Assembly: GCA_016208645.1 (NCBI GenBank)
Contig: JACQXP010000125.1
Location: forward strand, 1-36,831
From: Candidatus Methylomirabilota bacterium
Lineage (GTDB): Bacteria > Methylomirabilota > Methylomirabilia > Methylomirabilales > 2-02-FULL-66-22
DNA length: 36,831 nt
Direction of reading: 5' to 3'
How positions within the stretch are numbered: position 1 is the first letter of the stretch; each line of letters opens with the position of its first letter. The notes below the pieces were generated by a model that was not told where the DNA came from, ran no database searches, and saw only the letters and a program-made list of their open reading frames with translations. A program made the position numbers and the translations under genes. Positions 32,702 to 36,831 of this stretch are shown here, piece after piece.

Positions 32702-33386
32702 CCGCCCTGGGGCGGGGTGGGCGAGAGCCACGAGCCGTCGGGGGCGAGTTCTCCGCTCTCCAGGAAGCCCGCGATCAGCGCATCGTATCGCGCCGTGTGG
32801 GCGAACGCCTTCCGGGCCAGCCCGAATCGTGTCGCGCGGGACAGCCCGCCGTCATTCCGCTTCAGCTCGTCGAGGATGCTCTCGTAATCCTGCGGGTCCA
32901 CGATGACGGCGACCGCCGCGAAGTTCTTGGCAGCGCTGCGGATCATGGCCGGCCCACCGATGTCGATGTGTTCCACGGCCTCGGCCAGCGGGACGTCCCG
33001 GCGCGCCGTGGTCGCCTCGAAGGGATACAGGGTGATGGCCACCAGGTCGATGGGGACGATCCCCTGGGCGGCCATCTGGCCTTCGTGCCCCGGATTCCCC
33101 CGGATCCCCAGCAGCCCGCCGTGGATGCGCGGGTGCAGCGTCTTCACGCGTCCGTCCAGCATCTCGGGAAAGCCGGTAATCTCCGCAACGTCGGTCACGC
33201 GAAGGCCGCCCTCCCGCAGGGCGCGGGCGGTTCCCCCCGTGGAGATGAGATCCACCCCGAGGCCCGCCAGGCTGGCGGCGAACGGAATCAGCCCGGTCTT
33301 GTCCGAAACGCTCAGGAGTGCACGGCGCACGCGTGTCATCCGGTCTCCTCGTCCTCGGTGTGGCGCGTCAGGACTTCCAAGAAAAT

Positions 33387-33457
33387 CGTTCGGCAGTTCG
33401 ACCGTTCGAGGGTCCGGCAGTTCGTTGGGAACGCCCGAACCGCCGAACAGCCGAACG
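33387..33457. repeat. Inverted CGTTCGG / CCGAAC-type arrays upstream of purH
   Basis: cgttcggcagttcgaccgttcgagggtccggcagttcgttggg, then cgcccgaa ccgccgaa cagccgaa cg (8-nt period). Confidence 0.75.
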
Positions 33458-33572
33458 CTTTTCCTGGAATGAGCTGGTGTGTGGGACGCGACTGCGGACC
33501 GTTGAAAAAGCGAGCGGATGCTACCAAAAAGGGATGGCCCCGGCAAGGGAATTTTCCATGCCGGGGAGCGCC

Positions 33573-34154
33573 TCAGGATCCCGACGGCTCGATGGGCAGG
33601 TCATCGGTGAACCGATCCACGCTGAAAACCTGGATCTCGGCTCCATGCTTCCAAGCGTCGCCCGGCAGGCCGGCCTTCAGGCACGCCTGGCGGAGAAAGG
33701 TTTCACGGTCCCAGCCGAACTCGGTGGCCACCTGCGGCAGCAACAGGCCGTGGCGGCCCCCCTGGCTGATGTAGAGCCCGTGCGTGCCGACCTCGATCGC
33801 GGTGGGGTCGGGAATCACGCGCAGGGGCGAGAGCACGGAGACCTCGACCCGGAGGTGGGGGAACTCCTCCGGTGTGACGGGAGGGAACCGCGGATCGGCC
33901 GTGGCGGCCGAGGCCGCGCAATGGGCAACGGCCTCGGCCAGCGGCTTGATGGGGTCCACGTAGCCGATGCACCCTCGCAGCTCCTCATCGCGCGTGATAG
34001 TGACGAAGGCCGCCCCGGGCGTGCGTAAGGCCGGATCCTCCGCCGCCGGAGGCACATCCGGCGCGCCCCGTCCGCGTCCACGAATGGCGCGGCGGGCGAT
34101 GGCGAGCAACGCCGCACGATGCTCCGGGGTCAGGACGGGCGGGGCGTCGGTCAC
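33573..34154 (-). CDS. AMMECR1-domain protein (AmmeMemoRadiSam system protein A family)
   Basis: GAAFVTI...LRGCIGY and LLPQV are AMMECR1 signatures. The GTG start overlaps the upstream stop (GTGA). Confidence 0.85.
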   Translation of the reverse strand: MTDAPPVLTPEHRAALLAIARRAIRGRGRGAPDVPPAAEDPALRTPGAAFVTITRDEELRGCIGYVDPIKPLAEAVAHCAASAATADPRFPPVTPEEFPHLRVEVSVLSPLRVIPDPTAIEVGTHGLYISQGGRHGLLLPQVATEFGWDRETFLRQACLKAGLPGDAWKHGAEIQVFSVDRFTDDLPIEPSGS

Positions 34155-34678
34155 GCCGATCGCTCAGCGGCATCGCGCCGCCAGTAGAGCCGGACGAGCT
34201 TGTCTTCGTGGGAGAAGCGGATCTCCAGGGATCCGCCGCAGGCCTTGCTCACGGCGCGCCCCAAGCGGCGAGCCAGCTTTTCCGAGGTCGTCTCGACCAC
34301 GAGCGGGTACCGGGAATCCTTGTCGATGCGAAGGATGCGCTCCAGCGGATTCTTTGCCGCGGCTGCCCGCTCCGCATTTCGGAGGAGGTTGAGGATCTCG
34401 GCGCGGTTCTTCTTGAGAAACGACCCCGTCAAATACAGGATGCCGGCGGGGGTGCGCTCCTTGGCGCTGCGGCAGGCCGGACAGATCGCAGGGGCTGGCG
34501 TGTGCCACCGCAGCACCTCGCGGCGAATGGCAGGATCGAGAGACCAATTCCTCTTGCGCCACACGGCCTGACAGTGGGAGCAGATGGCGGGGTCACTTGG
34601 AGGCTTGAGGTCGGGAAGGGCGCTGGTGGAGGAAAGTGCCTTGTCGCGTCGGACGAACCGAGCCTTGGTAGAGAACAT
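34151..34678 (-). CDS. Small zinc-ribbon protein (CxxC...CxxC), possibly BCAM0308/NMD3-N-like; translationally coupled to AMMECR1
   Basis: 175 aa with CSHC...CPAC, then GILYLTG...NPLERI...VETTSEKLARRLGRA...LVRLYWRR. The family assignment is from memory only. Confidence 0.5.
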   Translation of the reverse strand: MFSTKARFVRRDKALSSTSALPDLKPPSDPAICSHCQAVWRKRNWSLDPAIRREVLRWHTPAPAICPACRSAKERTPAGILYLTGSFLKKNRAEILNLLRNAERAAAAKNPLERILRIDKDSRYPLVVETTSEKLARRLGRAVSKACGGSLEIRFSHEDKLVRLYWRRDAAERSA

Positions 34679-34784
34679 CGGTCTCCTCCTTGACAGCGGT
34701 CCAGGGATTGCTGCACTTCAATATAGGTCGAAAGGAGACGGCATGCAATCGCAGGAATCCTTCAGTCTTCTCAGGGTCTGGGGG

Positions 34785-34813
34785 TTGACAGAGGATAGGT
34801 CGCATGTTAAAAG
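34785..34813 (+). promoter_or_regulatory. Candidate sigma70 promoter for the rrf2-cysK-cysO operon
   Basis: TTGACA (34785-34790), a 17-nt spacer, then TAAAAG (34808-34813), 47 nt before ATG 34861. Confidence 0.45.
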
Positions 34814-34860
34814 TTGAGTCAATCGGTCGGCTATTTGGGATTTAAGCCGAGGGGGTAGCC

Positions 34861-35310
34861 ATGAGGATCAGCACGAAAGGCGACTACGCCACTCGGGCAT
34901 TACAGGACCTTGCCTTGCGTTATGCTGAAGGCCCTGTCCCCATCGAGGCCATCGCGCAACGACAGGCGCTGCCCGCCCGGTACCTGGAGCAATTGCTCCT
35001 GAGCCTGAAGCGGGCCGGCTACCTGGCGAGCAAGCGAGGCGTGAACGGGGGGTATTACCTGGCCAAGCCGCCGCGAGAGATCACCCTGGGCCAGGTCCTC
35101 CGGGCGGTGGACGGACCCGTCGCGCCCATCTTCTGCGTGTCCGAGGAGAACCCCCGGGAGCATTGTTCCCAGGAGACCTTCTGCGCACTCCGCGATGTCT
35201 GGGCCGAGGTGCGGGACGCCGTCTCGGCCATCGTGGATCACACGACGTTGGCCGATATCTGCGACCGGATCCGGGCGAAGACGAAAGAGCGGATCAGCTA
35301 CCAGATCTGA
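34861..35310 (+). CDS. Rrf2-family transcriptional regulator (IscR/CymR-like)
   Basis: Starts [18 protein letters not shown], with a winged helix ([28 protein letters not shown]) and three Cys ([17 protein letters not shown]). Confidence 0.85.
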   Translation: MRISTKGDYATRALQDLALRYAEGPVPIEAIAQRQALPARYLEQLLLSLKRAGYLASKRGVNGGYYLAKPPREITLGQVLRAVDGPVAPIFCVSEENPREHCSQETFCALRDVWAEVRDAVSAIVDHTTLADICDRIRAKTKERISYQI

Positions 35311-35325
35311 CCCGGACGGGGGAAC

Positions 35326-35359
35326 GGCAATTGGGCAATCGGGCACTCTGGCAATCGGG
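35326..35359 (+). repeat. GGCAATC-type 7-9-nt array
   Basis: GGCAATT GGGCAATC GGGCACTCT GGCAATC GGG, lying between rrf2 and cysK. Confidence 0.65.
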
Positions 35360-35392
35360 TGGATGCGGGCCCGGGCCTGCGGGGACCTGAGC

Positions 35393-36307
35393 ATGGCACG
35401 GCTGGTCTCCAGCGCACTGGATCTCATCGGCGACACCCCGCTGGTCCGGCTCCGCCGGCTGGTCAGGCCGGCATGGGCCATGGTCCTCGGGAAGCTCGAG
35501 TCCCTGAATCCGGGGGGGAGCGTCAAGGATCGGATCGCCCTCGCCATGATCGAGGAGGCGGAGCGGGAGGGTCGGCTGAAACCCGGCGACACCGTCGTGG
35601 AGCCGACCTCGGGCAACACCGGGATCGGTCTGGCCATCGTGGCGGCCGTCAAGGGGTACCGGCTGATCCTGACCATGCCCGAGGATATGAGCGTGGAGCG
35701 GCGCGCCCTGCTCCAGCGGTTTGGCGCCGAGCTGGTTCTCACGCCGGCCGTGGAGGGAATGACGGGTGCCGTGTTCGCCGCGGAGGAGCTGGTGCGCGAG
35801 AATCCGCGATTCTTCATGCCGCAGCAGTTCCTGAACCCGGCCAACCCCGAGATCCACCGGCGGACCACGGCCCAGGAGATCCTGAAGGCGACGGACGGTC
35901 AGGTGGATGCCTTCGTCGCCGGCGTCGGAACGGGCGGGACCATCACCGGCGTGGGCGAGGTCTTGAAGCGCGAGCGACCGGGCACCCTGGTGGTGGCGGT
36001 CGAGCCGGCGCGCTCACCCGTCCTGCAGGGGGGGAAGTTCCGGCCGCACGCCATCCAGGGCATTGGCGCCAGTTTCGTCCCCGGCGTGCTCAACACCGAG
36101 GTCTACGACGAGATCATCGGGGTCCGCGACGAGGACGCCCTGGCCATGACGCGGCGCCTCTCCCGGGAAGAAGGCCTCCTGGTCGGCGTCTCCTCCGGGG
36201 CCAACGTGTTTGCGGCCCTCAAGGTGGCGGAGCGGCTCGGCGCGGGCAAGACCGTGGTGACCATGCTCTGCGACACCGGCGAGCGCTATCTCAGCGTGGC
36301 GATCTAA
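35393..36307 (+). CDS. cysK: Cysteine synthase (PLP-dependent, CysK-type O-acetylserine sulfhydrylase fold)
   Basis: [15 protein letters not shown] (PLP lysine), [31 protein letters not shown] and GERYLS. Confidence 0.9.
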   Translation: MARLVSSALDLIGDTPLVRLRRLVRPAWAMVLGKLESLNPGGSVKDRIALAMIEEAEREGRLKPGDTVVEPTSGNTGIGLAIVAAVKGYRLILTMPEDMSVERRALLQRFGAELVLTPAVEGMTGAVFAAEELVRENPRFFMPQQFLNPANPEIHRRTTAQEILKATDGQVDAFVAGVGTGGTITGVGEVLKRERPGTLVVAVEPARSPVLQGGKFRPHAIQGIGASFVPGVLNTEVYDEIIGVRDEDALAMTRRLSREEGLLVGVSSGANVFAALKVAERLGAGKTVVTMLCDTGERYLSVAI

Positions 36308-36346
36308 CAGGCAGTCTTTGCACCGGCATTATTCGAGGAGGCACCC

Positions 36347-36831
36347 ATGGCAGTCACGGTGTATATCCCCACCCCGTACCGCAAGTACACGGACAACACC
36401 GCGCGGGTGGAGGCCCAGGGGGGCGATGTCCTCGCCCTGGTCCGTGAGTTGGAGGGCCGCTACCCGGGATTGCGCGAGCGGATCCTGGGACCCGACGGGA
36501 AGGTCTACCGGCACGTGAATATTTACGTGAATGACCAGCTCGTGGAAGACCTGCAGGGCATGCACACACCGCTGCGGGACGGGGACGAGGTGGCGGTGAT
36601 CCCGGCCATGACGGGCGGGAGCCTGACCTTCACGGAGGAGCAGATCCGCCGCTACAGCCGGCACATCATCCTCCCAGAGGTGGGGGGAATGGGCCAGCGG
36701 AAGCTGCTCAACAGCAAGGTCCTGCTGATCGGGGCGGGAGGCCTGGGGTCCCCGGCGGCGCTCTATCTCGCGGCCGCGGGCGTCGGGACCCTGGGGATCG
36801 TGGACTTCGACGAGGTGGACCTCAGCAATCT
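36347..36831 (+). CDS. CysO/MoaD/ThiS-like sulfur carrier (residues 1-91, ending GG) fused in frame to a MoeB/ThiF/MoeZ-type E1 adenylyltransferase; 3' end outside the window
   Basis: ATG 36347 follows GAGGAG. The product reads [15 protein letters not shown]...VNIYVND...[13 protein letters not shown] (GG codons at 36614-36619). It continues without a stop as [45 protein letters not shown]. It is missing from the ORF track because it is open at the window end. Confidence 0.75.
   Translation, partial: MAVTVYIPTPYRKYTDNTARVEAQGGDVLALVRELEGRYPGLRERILGPDGKVYRHVNIYVNDQLVEDLQGMHTPLRDGDEVAVIPAMTGGSLTFTEEQIRRYSRHIILPEVGGMGQRKLLNSKVLLIGAGGLGSPAALYLAAAGVGTLGIVDFDEVDLSN

Larger units (their letters stand above)
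31851..33339 (-). pseudogene. purH: Bifunctional AICAR transformylase/IMP cyclohydrolase PurH, internally deleted and frameshifted as assembled
   Basis: The 5' frame runs MTRVRRALLSVSDKTG...LRYGENPHQ...ISGGMLVQ. At about 32139 homology continues in another frame ([22 protein letters not shown]...[11 protein letters not shown]...GIRHFRH, stop at 31851). About 40 residues, including the KHVKSNA region, are missing. Confidence 0.8.

Noticed and set aside
1-36831. Whether the window is a genomic island, prophage or defence locus.
   Set aside because: No integrase, transposase, phage structural, restriction-modification, toxin-antitoxin or recognisable defence genes were found. The content is housekeeping (envelope biogenesis, transport, purine and cysteine synthesis).

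Overview
GC-rich chromosomal segment from a diderm (Gram-negative-type) bacterium; the taxon cannot be assigned from sequence alone. The plus strand carries the 3' end of a Clp-family ATPase, then an almost complete outer-membrane/lipid A block: bamA-skp-lpxD-fabZ-lpxA-lpxI-(Gfo/Idh/MocA oxidoreductase)-lpxB-DUF374-waaA-lpxK-lpxL-gmhB-GT9 heptosyltransferase-DUF3108-SDR epimerase. It continues with a Liv-type branched-chain amino-acid ABC transporter whose binding-protein gene is internally deleted and frameshifted, a stand-alone receiver, a Memo-like protein and a 7Fe-type ferredoxin. The minus strand carries a universal stress protein, a five-gene envelope-glycolipid remodelling operon (GT39, GT2, flippase-like, PAP2, one unassignable protein), purE-purD-purH (purH internally deleted and frameshifted as assembled), and AMMECR1 coupled to a small zinc-ribbon protein. 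The window ends with rrf2-cysK and a CysO-like sulfur carrier fused in frame to a MoeB/ThiF-type E1. No transposase, integrase, CRISPR array, tRNA or rRNA was seen. The most unusual signal is non-coding. About 18 gene junctions hold AT-richer, strictly phased 7-nt (sometimes 8-10 nt) tandem arrays, usually as two inverted arms. Distant loci share exact cores, and three arrays lie inside coding sequence. I do not recognise them as any described repeat family. All calls rest on reading the sequence and on remembered family signatures; no searches were run.
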